A stretch of 63,913 nucleotides of DNA, counting the filler, from Conidiobolus incongruus B7586 (lineage: Eukaryota): NCBI GenBank assembly GCA_000697335.1. It is 29 parts of 29 records of this genome, joined end to end, with 100 filler letters (N's around TTAATTAATTAA, not from the genome) between each part and the next. Parts side by side here need not be neighbours in the genome. Positions count along the whole stretch, not along the records: positions 10,799 to 13,288 come from JNEM01001482.1; positions 13,389 to 15,858 come from JNEM01001483.1; positions 15,959 to 18,397 come from JNEM01001484.1; positions 18,498 to 20,869 come from JNEM01001485.1; positions 20,970 to 23,239 come from JNEM01001486.1; positions 23,340 to 25,519 come from JNEM01001487.1; 23 more parts are not named here. One strand, 5' to 3'. Shown here in pieces: positions 12,777 through 25,220 of the stretch. Numbering within the stretch: position 1 is the first letter of the stretch; the number at the start of each line of letters is the position of its first letter. A model generated the notes under the pieces. The model was not told the DNA's origin and did no database searches. It saw only the letters and a list, made by a program, of their open reading frames with translations. The translations under genes and the position numbers were made by a program.

Positions 12777-14693
12777 ACTTAGAGAATTAAACTACTAAAA
12801 AATCCACGTTTATTACTGGATGAATAAGGGGAACAGTGCGGAAGAAGGGTTCTATGAGGAATTTTAATAGTCAGTCATATCAAGGGTAGAGTACAGAATA
12901 CCAATGAAAGATGCTTCATTTTTATGAAATAATATATAATAACCTTATTAAACACTTAGCTTGATTTTTTATTAAAATTATTAAATATTAACATTTGATA
13001 ATGTAGTCTCTCTTATATATTATATTATTCAATCAATATGAACATTTAATTTATATCAAGAGTATCAATTGAAATTGATATATACTTGATTATGATATAT
13101 GATAGATAGTTTAATAATTGATTAAATAAACATGTTAACATGATTTTATTTAAAGCATATATATAATAAATATCAGTATTTTTTATCCATAAACATAGCT
13201 TATATTATTATAAAACATTTAAAATTTAAAATTATATTTTTTCTTTTATGATATAATTTATGCATTTTCATTATATATAAATTATATANNNNNNNNNNNN
13301 NNNNNNNNNNNNNNNNNNNNNNNNNNNNNNNNTTAATTAATTAANNNNNNNNNNNNNNNNNNNNNNNNNNNNNNNNNNNNNNNNNNNNAATTATTTTAAT
13401 ATATTTATTAAAAATTATTAAATCAAATTTATAATTAATTTTATAAAATTAAATTAAATAATAATTAGAATTAATTTAAAAATGATAAATATTAAATATA
13501 ATTTATTAAAATAAAAAAATTTATTTATAAAAGTAAAATATTAATATTTACCTAATTTCAAATATTTTATAAATTTTTTTTATATTATTAAGTAAATAAA
13601 GAGCTAAATTTATAGCTCAGTCAATCAATTTTATATCTTTTAATATAGAGAAAATTCATTATGAAATCATAAATATTTGAATTTTAACTCGAACTAAAAA
13701 CTTAGTTATAAAACCTTTAATAAAATTATTGAGTTTTGAAATGCAATCTCCATTGAATTGAAATAAATTCTAACTCTCAAGAATATACTGTATGTATATG
13801 ATTTATTGAGATGAAAATTATTACTTAATGATATTTACAAAAATAAAATTAAAGTTATTAAAATGTCATTAAATATGATATCATTTTAGCATTTCAAAGT
13901 GGATAAGAAAAAAAATTATACCAAATTAAATTAAAATAGAAAATTTTCTACAAATTTTCTAAGTAATTAATTTTTAGTATTTTCTCAAAATATTAGATTA
14001 TAGAAATTAAATTTACCATTAGCAATATGCCTAGCTTTTTGAAATTGAAAAAATTACTATATAATGTCAAGCTAAATGATTTCATCCCATTACAATGATA
14101 GTATATATAAAATCAACATATTTGGAGGTAGATGTAATTAATATTTAAATCCAATTTCTTGTATAAAGATATATAACATTCTAAATAAAGTTAAAAAAAG
14201 CATTAGAAAAATGTATGATGTCAAAAAATTAGGAATATTGCTGATAAAGCCAATTTAATAATGTATTTTGAAATAATATAATTACCTTGCATGCACACTT
14301 AACAAAAATTGATTTGAATTCTTAAGCCACAGTATCGGATCCAAAATTGAATTGAGTTACTCAATATAAATTAATACTAAATGATTGGCTAGATTGGATA
14401 ATTTCAAATTACTAAAATCGTTAATATGAAAATTTAATTAATAATACCAAGACTGAAAAGATAAAGATAAAGGACAAGAGCAAAAAAAGAAAAAGGAGTT
14501 AAAGATATAGTAGATTTATATAAAGTAAAAGAATATAGGTAAAAAACGTTTATAAAAGTACTTTGGGTCAAAATATTAACTATTTTGGTTAGAAATAAAT
14601 AATGATTTAAAATAATTCTTTACAATTGATGGTCTATTCATTAAGACCTTAAATTCTTCTTATAATACTCAGCTCATAGTTTAAAACACGATA

Positions 14694-15216
14694 TTATATC
14701 ATAAAACTCTGTCCACAACCGCAGGCTTCTTTGATATTGGGATTATAAAATACAAATTGGGATGATAATTTATCTTCAACATAATCCATTTCTGAACCGA
14801 TAATAGAGAGTAGAGCTTTAGAATCTATATACACCTTGACCCCTAAATAAATATGATTAACAAACTAGCTGAATATTGAAATGAAGTTTAAAATTACCAT
14901 CTTGAACTACTTCTTCATCGAATCTTCCCTTCTCCGTTGTAAAATCTAAAGCGTAAGCAGAGCCGGAGCAACCTTTAGTTCTCAAGCCTATCTTAAGGAC
15001 CTGATCAGGATTGTTTGCGAGTTTATTAAGTTCTTTAAGTCTTTCAATAGCAGAAGGAGTCTAAAGAAAAAAAATTAGAAATTGTATAGAGAGAAAAAAG
15101 AGAAAATAAATTACCAAAGTGAGAGCAGCTTTGCGAAGTCTTAAAGAAGGACGAGTAGCGGGGTTAACTTGACGGACAGTAGCTGCGAATGATAATAAAT
15201 AACGAGTGCTAAACAT
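14694..15216 (-). CDS. ISA1: Mitochondrial A-type Fe-S cluster assembly protein Isa1/IscA1; exons 15216-15115, 15060-14898, 14842-14694, 137 aa
   Basis: Missed by the ORF track. Spliced translation: MFSTRYLLSF...RKAALTLTPSAIERLK...LKIGLRTKGCSGSAYALDF...FDEEVVQDGVKVYIDSKALLSIIGSEMDYVEDKLSSQFVFYNPNIKEACGCGQSFMI. Has GCSG and CGCGxSF motifs and two GT-AG introns. Confidence 0.97.
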
Positions 15217-15365
15217 TTTTTATGAAGAATTTATATGTATATGTGATATGTTAGTATTTTTTAAACAAAAGGTAGATTAATTAAGTTATAAAGAGTTAAT
15301 TTGACAAGTGATTTATTTATAATCATTGATATTCCGAATCATTCCATATATGAGTAAAAAAATTC

Positions 15366-15510
15366 AGCCAATCATCTTTTAAATGAGTGAATTAAGTTGT
15401 TGGATTTAGATGATGATTTTGAGCGAAATTGATTATCACAGATATGATGAGATAAAATTATTCACATCACACTATTATCTTGATCAAGATAAAGATATAT
15501 ACAATTTATC
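15366..15510. promoter_or_regulatory. ISA1 upstream CCAAT box and GATAA cluster
   Basis: AGCCAATCA at 15366-15374; GATAA/TTATC at 15433, 15451, 15475, 15488 and 15506. Confidence 0.4.
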
Positions 15511-15958
15511 TATTTAATATCTATACACTTAATATATCAATTTCTTAAAATGTGAATATTTTTCTTAATAAATATAAAATTATTTGAATTTTAATAATTT
15601 TCATTTATTTTTTTTACAAGTTTAAAAAATATTATAAATTTTTTTAAAAATAAGTTAATTATTTATAATTATTTACAAAAATATTATTAAAAATTGATAA
15701 TCATTAATTCAAATTTAAAAATTATAGAAAATAAAAAAAGATTTTATTTTAAATTCAAAATAATGTATTAGTCTTATCAGTTTAATATAATTTAATTTTG
15801 TTATTTTATTGTATTGCATAGTTATATTTCAATATGATAAAAATAATAAATTATTTTANNNNNNNNNNNNNNNNNNNNNNNNNNNNNNNNNNNNNNNNNN
15901 NNTTAATTAATTAANNNNNNNNNNNNNNNNNNNNNNNNNNNNNNNNNNNNNNNNNNNN

Positions 15959-16384
15959 AAATATTAAATATTATAAATATTCATGATAATATATAATTTT
16001 CTTATTTTATTTTCTAAAATATATTATTTTAAATATAAATAATTAAAAAAATTATTATTTCTGGTTCATTTATTAAATTATAATTTGAATTTTTATGATT
16101 GCTTTAAATAGTAAAAAATTGTATTTATATGAAAAAATTACTATAAACAAATTCTCTTAATAAATAAAATTTAAAATTTTGCACTTTAATAAAAAGAGTC
16201 ATATTTTGAATATTAGAAGTTTATTTAAAATAAAATAAAAAATTAATGTTATCAATAAAAATATTATTATTACTATTAATTTGATATATTTATTATTATA
16301 TAATTATTATTATATATATTATATACTATAAATTATATTTAAATTCGATTTCAAAAAGGTGCCATTAATTAAAATCTAGAGTAA
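15959..16384 (+). mobile_element. Mariner-like family fragment (3' end plus TIR, highly eroded)
   Basis: ctttaataaaaagagtcatattttgaatattagaagtttat matches the family 3' region; ends gccattaattaaaatctagagtaa. Confidence 0.55.
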
Positions 16385-16969
16385 TGATGAATTTGTGACA
16401 TTGTTGATTATAAAATAATATTTGATATAGTCCAGAATTGAATCAGGATAAAAAAGCATCTTTATCTGATTCTAGATCTTAATTTTTGAGATAATAAAAT
16501 CTAATACTCAAAACTTTTTTCAAATATTTAAATTAATTATAAATATATTCAAATCATTATTCTATTAAATAATTGAAAAATTACTGTATTTTTATTAATT
16601 TATTTTATTTTAATTAATTAATGCTATATATAGCCATGTTTTTTATACTGCAATGAACCATCGCTATTCTTGGATTAAATATGTTTATTTGGTTATAACA
16701 TTTAATATAAGAATTTTATCTTTCTAACAATAAAAATATTAAAATATTGAATCAATCATTAATCTCCAACAATACTTTTAACTAAATGAAGTAAAATGAT
16801 AGTTTTTGCTGAATATATCAAAAACGGATTCATACTTCAATCATTTTAAAATCTTCAGATATATTTTTCAAATTTGGAATTTGAGATTAGCAAAACACAT
16901 TATAAATGTTGAATTATATGTTCAATGCTCCATTAAAGATCAACTCTATTTTAATTAAACTTGAATACA

Positions 16970-17287
16970 ATTCCATCTGAATCAAGCAAAATTTATGCTG
17001 CTTATGACAAAGGTATGGGATCCTCTGGGGAGAATCTTGGATATAATACCAGAAAATCAAATTTAGAAGTAAAAGGACATGACCAAAACAAGGAAGGGCA
17101 TGCTGAACAGAAAACTGCCGAAACTAAGGAATGACTTGAATGAGCTATTAATTCCGTAGCAGTTACAGTCGAGTACACCCTCAGATCAGTCACAGATAAC
17201 ACGCCCTAGCAGGCTGAAGGCAAGGATCAGCAATTGAGAAGTGATGCTCAGAAAGCTGCTAATACAAATTTTAAATTTCCACATTAG
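16970..17287 (+). pseudogene. CsbD/Hmp1-like hydrophilic stress-protein pseudogene
   Basis: One frame reads (ATT)PSESSKIYAAYDKGMGSSGENLGYNTRKSNLEVKGHDQNKEGHAEQKTAETKE*LE*AINSVAVTVEYTLRSVTDNTP*QAEGKDQQLRSDAQKAAN, a fungal CsbD-like repeat pattern. In-frame stops at 17132, 17141 and 17207; start codon apparently lost. Confidence 0.65.
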
Positions 17288-20200
17288 TTATATAAACTAT
17301 ATAATTCAATTGAAATGAATTTTTCTGAAAAACTTAATATTCAATACATAATTTTTCAACCTTCATTATGTATAATATTTTATATAAGAATATATTTCAA
17401 CTTACTTGATTTCAATTTTACCACTTTGATATCTATTTGTATATGTTATTCATATCATTTTTATATTCAGTTGTTAATTAAAAACATTGCTTACAAAATA
17501 AAAATTATAAAATATCAAATTTTTTAATTCAAAATTGATATTTAAATTCAGAACTTTATCTATGATAATGTTGCAATACACTTTCCTTACTAATCCATTT
17601 ACCAATTATTATTAATTACTTAGCAATCTAATGCACACTTATTTTCTTTAAGAAACAAACTATCCAAATTAATGTATAAATTACTAATCAATTTGAAGAC
17701 ATTATATTTTACCAGCAAACCTCCTTAAATTTACAATAATTTGATTAATAATTTTATATTATATAACTTCTATAAATATCCAATTTGCTTAAAAATTATA
17801 CTTTAAGCAGAACATCTGTTTTTATATTGATAAACCATATTGATTATAATCAAGTAAAATAGCATAAGCTTTTAATAAGTTTTTAAAAAATAAAAACAGT
17901 TATAATATGGAATTGGCTGTTTAGCAAATTTATATCTAATAAGATTAAAGAAGATAACATTATTCTCCCTTTACTTCTAATTGGATTCTATCTAATACTA
18001 TATGGTGTCTTGTTTTTATTAGGCCTTTTTTGTAAGGGTTTAGGATTTATTTTAAAGAACAAATTCAGATTTAGTTATAAAATTTTAGTGATATTTGTGA
18101 CTTTTTATGTTATAAATATATTTGGAGAATATTTTACATAGTTGCCTGAGCTTATAGTTAACTCCTACTTATTTAGCCTTTATAAATAATAATTTGTTAA
18201 AAATTATCATAATGAGAGTATAAATATAAATATATATAAATAGATTATACTGAACTAGGTAATGTTATTATTTTATATTATAAGCAAATAATATTATTAA
18301 ATATTAAAAATAATAAATAATATTATATTAAATTAAATTATGAAAAATTTATATTAAATTGTTATTAATATTAGTGAATAATCTATAATAAAATATANNN
18401 NNNNNNNNNNNNNNNNNNNNNNNNNNNNNNNNNNNNNNNNNTTAATTAATTAANNNNNNNNNNNNNNNNNNNNNNNNNNNNNNNNNNNNNNNNNNNNATT
18501 TTGAATATTTTTTTATTAGAAATATTTAATTTTTATTCTTTTCAAACATTATAAAATGAAATTAAAATATAATATCAATAGTTTAATTTGATTACAATTA
18601 ATTGAAATATTAAATATTATTAATTATAAAAAAATTATTAAATAAGTATTTTAATTATATAGTTAATTATAATAATTTCTATTATAAAAACTATATTATT
18701 AAGATGATTTCCATTTCTTTTCAATTTAACAAAATAATATAATTAATAATCAAATATATGGATATATAATATTCATTTGTATATTAGGTAAAAAATATTT
18801 TGATTGCATATATATATATAATTTCACAATATTATCAGATTATAAGAAAACCATTTTTCGGAATTTAATGTACTATAATTGTTTATAGATTTTGGTATAA
18901 TGCCATGATTTTTAAAATTCTTTATACCTTGTATTATAAGGTATCTGTTTATGAAATAGAGTGTTAATTGTCATAAGCTAATTTTAAGGGTTTTTAAATT
19001 TTTATAGATATTAACCTATTAGAAACAATTTTAGCTTTAAAAGTATATTAAATATTATCATTATACTAATAACGTAAACCGACCCAGCTCTAATATATCT
19101 TGTGTTAAGTGAAGGTAACTAAATTTGATTATATACAAGAAGTCACAGTATCATATATATTGCTGTAATTAACCTTGAATGTAACAAAGTCCTTATCATT
19201 TTCATTACGTTTACAAGCAATCCTGACTTAAAGAAATATATATAATTTTATATAAGAAAAATTTTGAAAAATTATATATAGAACCATATGATTATATTTG
19301 AAATTTATCTTTGTATTGAAGATAAGAAGATGAAATAAATTTAAATAAAATAATGTCTTAAGTAGCATTTATTAATATTTTCTTTGAAAAATTTGATTTA
19401 AAGATTAATAATTAATAATTTGCATTTCTTTTGTATTATATTTAATAAATTTCTTGTTTTAAAGGTATACATTAGAGGGTATTGGATTATATTTAAAATA
19501 TTATATTGGTTATGTGATTCATGATTTATTATTCATTTTCTATATAATTATAACTAATTTGGCTTGTATATATTTCGAAAATAACATAAGCTTTTTTTCA
19601 AATCTATTATCTATATATTAATAATAATTATAATTATAATTATTCTATTTAACTATAGTATAAACATAATAAACCTATTGATATTTTCTCTTTATTTACT
19701 ATAATCTATTATATCTTTGCTAAAATATTATTGAATTTGATTAGAATATATATTTTTATTATAGCTTTTTAAAATAAGATAAAAGAAATAAAATATTAAA
19801 GCTAATAAAAACATTGGTCTATAAGGATCAAAAAGTATTGAGTAATATTCACCTAGGTTAATAACTATGTAAATATATATATCATAAAAATCAGCAAATA
19901 GTTCTTATATATAGATAATATACTCTGGCTTAAGATAGGCCTATATAATTTTTTTATTTTAATAATAGAAAGTAAGATAAAATAGAATTATATAATGAGT
20001 TAAAATATGGAAAGGAATTATATCATTGGTATTGTTTTTAGTTTTTTAAGGGCTTTTAAATTTAAACAATATTTTTTTAAATTTATTTATAAAAATTACC
20101 TATTGATTATATTGATAAATAAGATATAATTTTTAATTTTATATCTTAATATAATCGATATTTTGCTCTAAGTTATATATTTGAGTTAAATTATTTATGG

Positions 20201-23200
20201 ATTAATAAATTAATTCTCAAAATATGAATATATTATTTTTTATAAATAAATTATATTTTAATTAATTATATCATTTATATTTCTAAAGTTATCTTATTTA
20301 TATATATAATATTGATTTATCTAATAAAAGGAATTATGTTTTTAATCTTTATATTTTATTTTTTTTTAAATTACAAATTATATCTATAAAACATATTGTA
20401 GAAATCATCTAATATATCTATATTGACTTGTTTGCTTAGGAAACTTAAATAAACTATGTTTATATTTATATTACCTTGCCATATTTAGTACCATGATATT
20501 GGCCACGTTACTATTATATTAAGTGTTTTTGTATATTATAATAATATACTACTTTTTATCGATATAATATTATTAGGTTTAATGTTAGATTATTAAATAA
20601 TTAAGATGGTAATTTAGTTCTGATTAAAAAAATATAATTATATCTAAATAAGCATTATAATATCATATAAATTTTAATATAATGGAACTAAAATAAATAA
20701 GTCGATTGTATTATGAAATTATATTACTAGTCAATATATTATATAGGTTGTTTAGATCAATAGATTGTTTTAACTATAAAATAATAATATTATTATAAAA
20801 GAATAAATAATTATCAAATTAAATTTTATTTTAATATAACAGTTGAAATTAATATTTCTGAGTTAATAANNNNNNNNNNNNNNNNNNNNNNNNNNNNNNN
20901 NNNNNNNNNNNNNTTAATTAATTAANNNNNNNNNNNNNNNNNNNNNNNNNNNNNNNNNNNNNNNNNNNNATTTTATATAATTAATTTTTTATTTTTAATA
21001 ACCAAATTAAACATTAGAAATATCAAGATTGGTAATTTATTTATAGTAGATTATATTATTGAAATATTTTAAATTAAAATAGATATATTAATTTAATATA
21101 TATATTATAATTATTTAGATAATTAAGTTGGAAAATTAATTATTAATTTTTTAATATTAACTTTATATAATTATAAAAAAAATATTTTATTATGTTAACA
21201 TTCAAATAATCTTAGTATTATAAAGTAAATAATAAATTATGGGAAATTCTAGATAGAAAAATAACAATAAAAAGAAAATTAAATTGGAATATATTATAAA
21301 TTTTAGTTAGTTTTTAATTTTATTTCATTTAATTCATATGTTTTAAAGTTTAATTAATTTAAACCAAATGCTTGAAATAGATATTACCAGCAAGTATTCT
21401 GATAGTCAAGCTATTTTTATGATGTCATTGGATATTGACATCACTTTTAATTCACTTATATACAGCAAAGCCTCACTAGTTATCTATAGTTGTTATCTTA
21501 ATATTGATGAACTTTAACCCCTTAGAAGGTGAGTCATAATCCATGAATTACCATGGATATATAACCTTAGTTATAACCATCATAATAAAGATATCTTTTT
21601 CCATCATAAATCCATTAGATCACTTGAATCTTTAAGTTATTACTTATTAATTGGTGAATAAGTCAAGAACCAAGATAATATCAAATCTTTGTAAATCTTG
21701 GTTAGAGATATTATGGATATTTGTGATTTATAAACAATCCACTCTATTAGTACTTGTCTTTGCCTCTTGATATATCCAGCAGGCATAATATTCAACTTTT
21801 TACCTAAATTTTTGACCCCAAGGAACAACTCATCATCAACATAAATTTTAATATTAGTTATTAAGCTATTTAATATATATTATACTTTTATTAATCATTC
21901 TATAATATATTATATTATTTTACCCAATAATATCAACTATTTTTTGATAACTTTATTACTCTTGGAATTATATCAATATAATATAAATTAAACTCAAACT
22001 AATATATTAATAAAGTGTTATATTGAATAGCTATTTATATATTTGATTAGTTAAAAAAAAATCAATAAATCATAATATTTTTAAAATGGTTTAAAATTAG
22101 GTTAAGGGATTTTAAATATGAGTTTATTAGGATAAACAATTACTAGGCGCAAATTCCAAAAAAGATAAAATAAAATCAAATTTAAAAGTGTTTATTTAGT
22201 AAAAATAAATTACTAAACTTATTCAAAATTGTATATGTAATTTACAAGTTTTACTCCATATAATATAAAATATAACAATATGGAAGAGTATAGTTAATTA
22301 CTCTAAGTGTAAAATAAAACTCATTATATACTTGTTCATATAGTAAATTAATTAATTTTTGATATTAAGTTAGAAAAAGCTATAAGAAATATAGTATCAA
22401 TAATATTTAATCTCTCCTTTTAATCCAAATAATATATTTACATTCTCTTTTTGATTAGTTTTTAATAACTTTTCTTTAGAGTAATTTGAAATTCAAAATT
22501 AGATACCATATTCAATTTTTATAATAATAATTTAAAATTGTCATAATAATCGAAGTATCAAGGATTAATATATTAAAAAGGATATAATAATACAAATCAG
22601 TCATTTTAATAAGCTATATTTAGATAGATTTATCTAATATATCAAATTATTAAGACGTAAAATTAATGATATTTTACTTTCGTTATATATCAATTTACTA
22701 TATTAATTATCAAAGCTTAAGTCATATTGTATAATTTTTATTTAATATAAATGGTAATAGTTTATTGATTTTTTATTTTTAATATTAATATTCAGCTCTA
22801 TCATTTATAATATTTAATAAAATATCTGTTTTGTTGTTAGAAAAAGTCATAATTATAATTAATAAATTACGAATAAAACTGATGATAGACCTATTAATTG
22901 AATAAAATATAAAATATTGCTAATATTAAATGTATTATAAAAGCTAATCGTTATATCATTAATCATAATTCTTATTTTATTTGATATATATTAGTTTGCA
23001 AGGTTCTTGATTAATTTTAAATTATCAATTGGTTTAAACAATATGTTCTCTAAATTTATATTTTTTATTTCAAATAAATAAAAAAATATATTTAAAAAAT
23101 ATAATAATTTCTATAATGATAATTTCTTAATATTTTAACAATAAAACTCCATATGAATAATATTTATTTATTTATTAATTAAAATAGTTTTTATTATTTA

Positions 23201-23596
23201 TATTTCAAAATTAATAACTAATGATAAAATATAATATTANNNNNNNNNNNNNNNNNNNNNNNNNNNNNNNNNNNNNNNNNNNNTTAATTAATTAANNNNN
23301 NNNNNNNNNNNNNNNNNNNNNNNNNNNNNNNNNNNNNNNAAATATATATATTCTTTTTTTTATTTTTTAAAACAATATTATATTATAATATATATCTGAA
23401 AATTTATTAGAAATTAATTATTAATAATATAATTCTTATATTTAAAATTATTTTATTTATATTTTAATATTTATTATCATTAATTGAAATAGTAAGATAT
23501 GTAAGTTAATAATTAAAATTTATGGTTTTTATATATAGTTAAAAATTAACATTTTATTAGAACATGGTTAATATACATAATTAATGTTAAAAATTC

Positions 23597-23935
23597 CTAG
23601 TAAGTTTGAGTAGGATAATCAATGACTGGCTCTGGCTTGTAAGGAGGATCAATAGGGTAGACAGGATTAACAGGGTAGACAGGTTGAATAGGATATATTG
23701 GAAGAATAGGTTTAATTGGTTTAATTGGTAAAATGGGTTTAATAGGCTTAATTGGTTTAATAGGTTTAATAGGCTTAATAGGATAGGCTGGCTCTGGATA
23801 TGGGTCGACAGGTTGAATGGTGTAAGTGGGCTCAGGTTCCGGCTGGTAGACTGGAGGATATGGTTGATAAATAGAAGTAGCCTGTATAGCTAAAGTGGAA
23901 GCCAAGAGTGTGATAATAGTAGAGAATTTTGCCAT
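23597..23935 (-). CDS. Secreted proline-rich repetitive protein (P-I/V-x triplets), 112 aa
   Basis: Signal peptide MAKFSTIITLLASTLAIQA followed by Pro/Tyr/Ile/Lys-rich (PIK)n, PIL and PVY repeats; clearly elevated GC. Confidence 0.85.
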   Translation of the reverse strand: MAKFSTIITLLASTLAIQATSIYQPYPPVYQPEPEPTYTIQPVDPYPEPAYPIKPIKPIKPIKPIKPILPIKPIKPILPIYPIQPVYPVNPVYPIDPPYKPEPVIDYPTQTY

Positions 23936-25147
23936 GGTTAAATATTAGATTAATAAATATCAGATAACTAATTATGAACATTGGTCAACCATCAATTTAT
24001 ACGAAAATTCAATATCCTATTTTAAAATTTTCTTTGTATAATATTTATAATCTATTTAAAATTTATAAAAATAATTATAAAACAAATGCCAATCATATTT
24101 AAGGAGAGAAATAATAAAAATAATTTGTATGAAGTAACAACGGTTCATAAAACATCAAATATAATTTCAATTTCTAAAAATATAAATAATATTTATTTAA
24201 TAGGTATGATTGTTATATTTACTTTAATCCCCTAATTTGTAATGTATTTCAAGTAAAGAATTTATTTTTTGACCAATTAATTTCTAAAAATTTCAGTAAA
24301 AATCTCCTAATTTAATCAATTTTTCGAATGTTCTTAAAAATACTTGAATAAATATTTATTTTTATTATCAATTATACTTTAAAATTACAATTTACTATTA
24401 TATTATCAATTAAAATTTTAGGCTATTAATAATTTATCTTTAAATTTGTTATGATATATATATTTATCTTTTCGTAGATGTTCTTACAAACCTTTTTTAA
24501 GAATAGATAATATTATCAAATATTGTTTTAAATTAATTATAATATAAATTTATGTAGTTTCAATATTAATTAAATATTTGCAACATAATCATTGAATCAT
24601 AACGTCATAATGTGAAATCCATAATTTCTACTAAATATTTTAACCAAGTTTAAAATTATGAGAATAAATAAATCTATGAAAATTTGTAATACATATTTGA
24701 TAATAAAAAAATATATTTCAATTTTTACTAATTATGAAGTAAAGGAGTTATAATAATTCAAAGATTAAATATGAATTTTGTAATTAACTCGAAAAATTAG
24801 TCAGTACATAATTAAATGTATTTTATTAACATATAAAACATAGTATATAATATGAATAAATGCTTCTATTGAAATCGATATTTATTATCTTGTATTTAAT
24901 ATTGCATTATTAATTGTATTATATAGGCAGATATAAAATTGATTAATGATTGAAAAATAGAAAGAGAGTATATAAATATATATTGAAGTAATTAGAAAAA
25001 TGAATGAGTGATTAAAGATTTAGGAATATTATAAATATTGAATAAAATATATAAAATTGATTAAAAGAATAAAAATATTATAAGTTATTCTGCAATTTGT
25101 ATTGATATTTTGCATACTGTTTAACCTATAATTATAATTTTCATTAA

Positions 25148-25220
25148 GCCCGGCTAGCTCAATCGGTAGAGCGTGAGACTCTTAATCTCAAGGTTGTGGG
25201 TTCGACCCCCACGTTGGGTG
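25148..25220 (+). tRNA. tRNA-Lys(CTT)
   Basis: 73-nt cloverleaf GCCCGGCTAGCTCAATCGGTAGAGCGTGAGACTCTTAATCTCAAGGTTGTGGGTTCGACCCCCACGTTGGGTG; anticodon CTT; no intron. Confidence 0.96.

Noticed and set aside
16440..16475. Hairpin GAATCAGGATAAA/TTTATCTGATTC followed by TAG as a Helitron 3' end
   Set aside because: Single AT-rich instance, spacing to CTAG atypical, no other Helitron evidence.
16970..17287. Stop-codon recoding or selenoprotein (in-frame TGA/TAG)
   Set aside because: Intact genes here terminate at TGA (RPC11) and TAG (Pro-rich gene), the stops are not in a redox-Cys context, and the start codon is also lost; a pseudogene is simpler.
17002..17527. ORFs 17002-17202(-) and 17315-17527(+)
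   Set aside because: The first is the antisense shadow of the CsbD-like pseudogene; the second is AT-rich I/Y/F/K noise.
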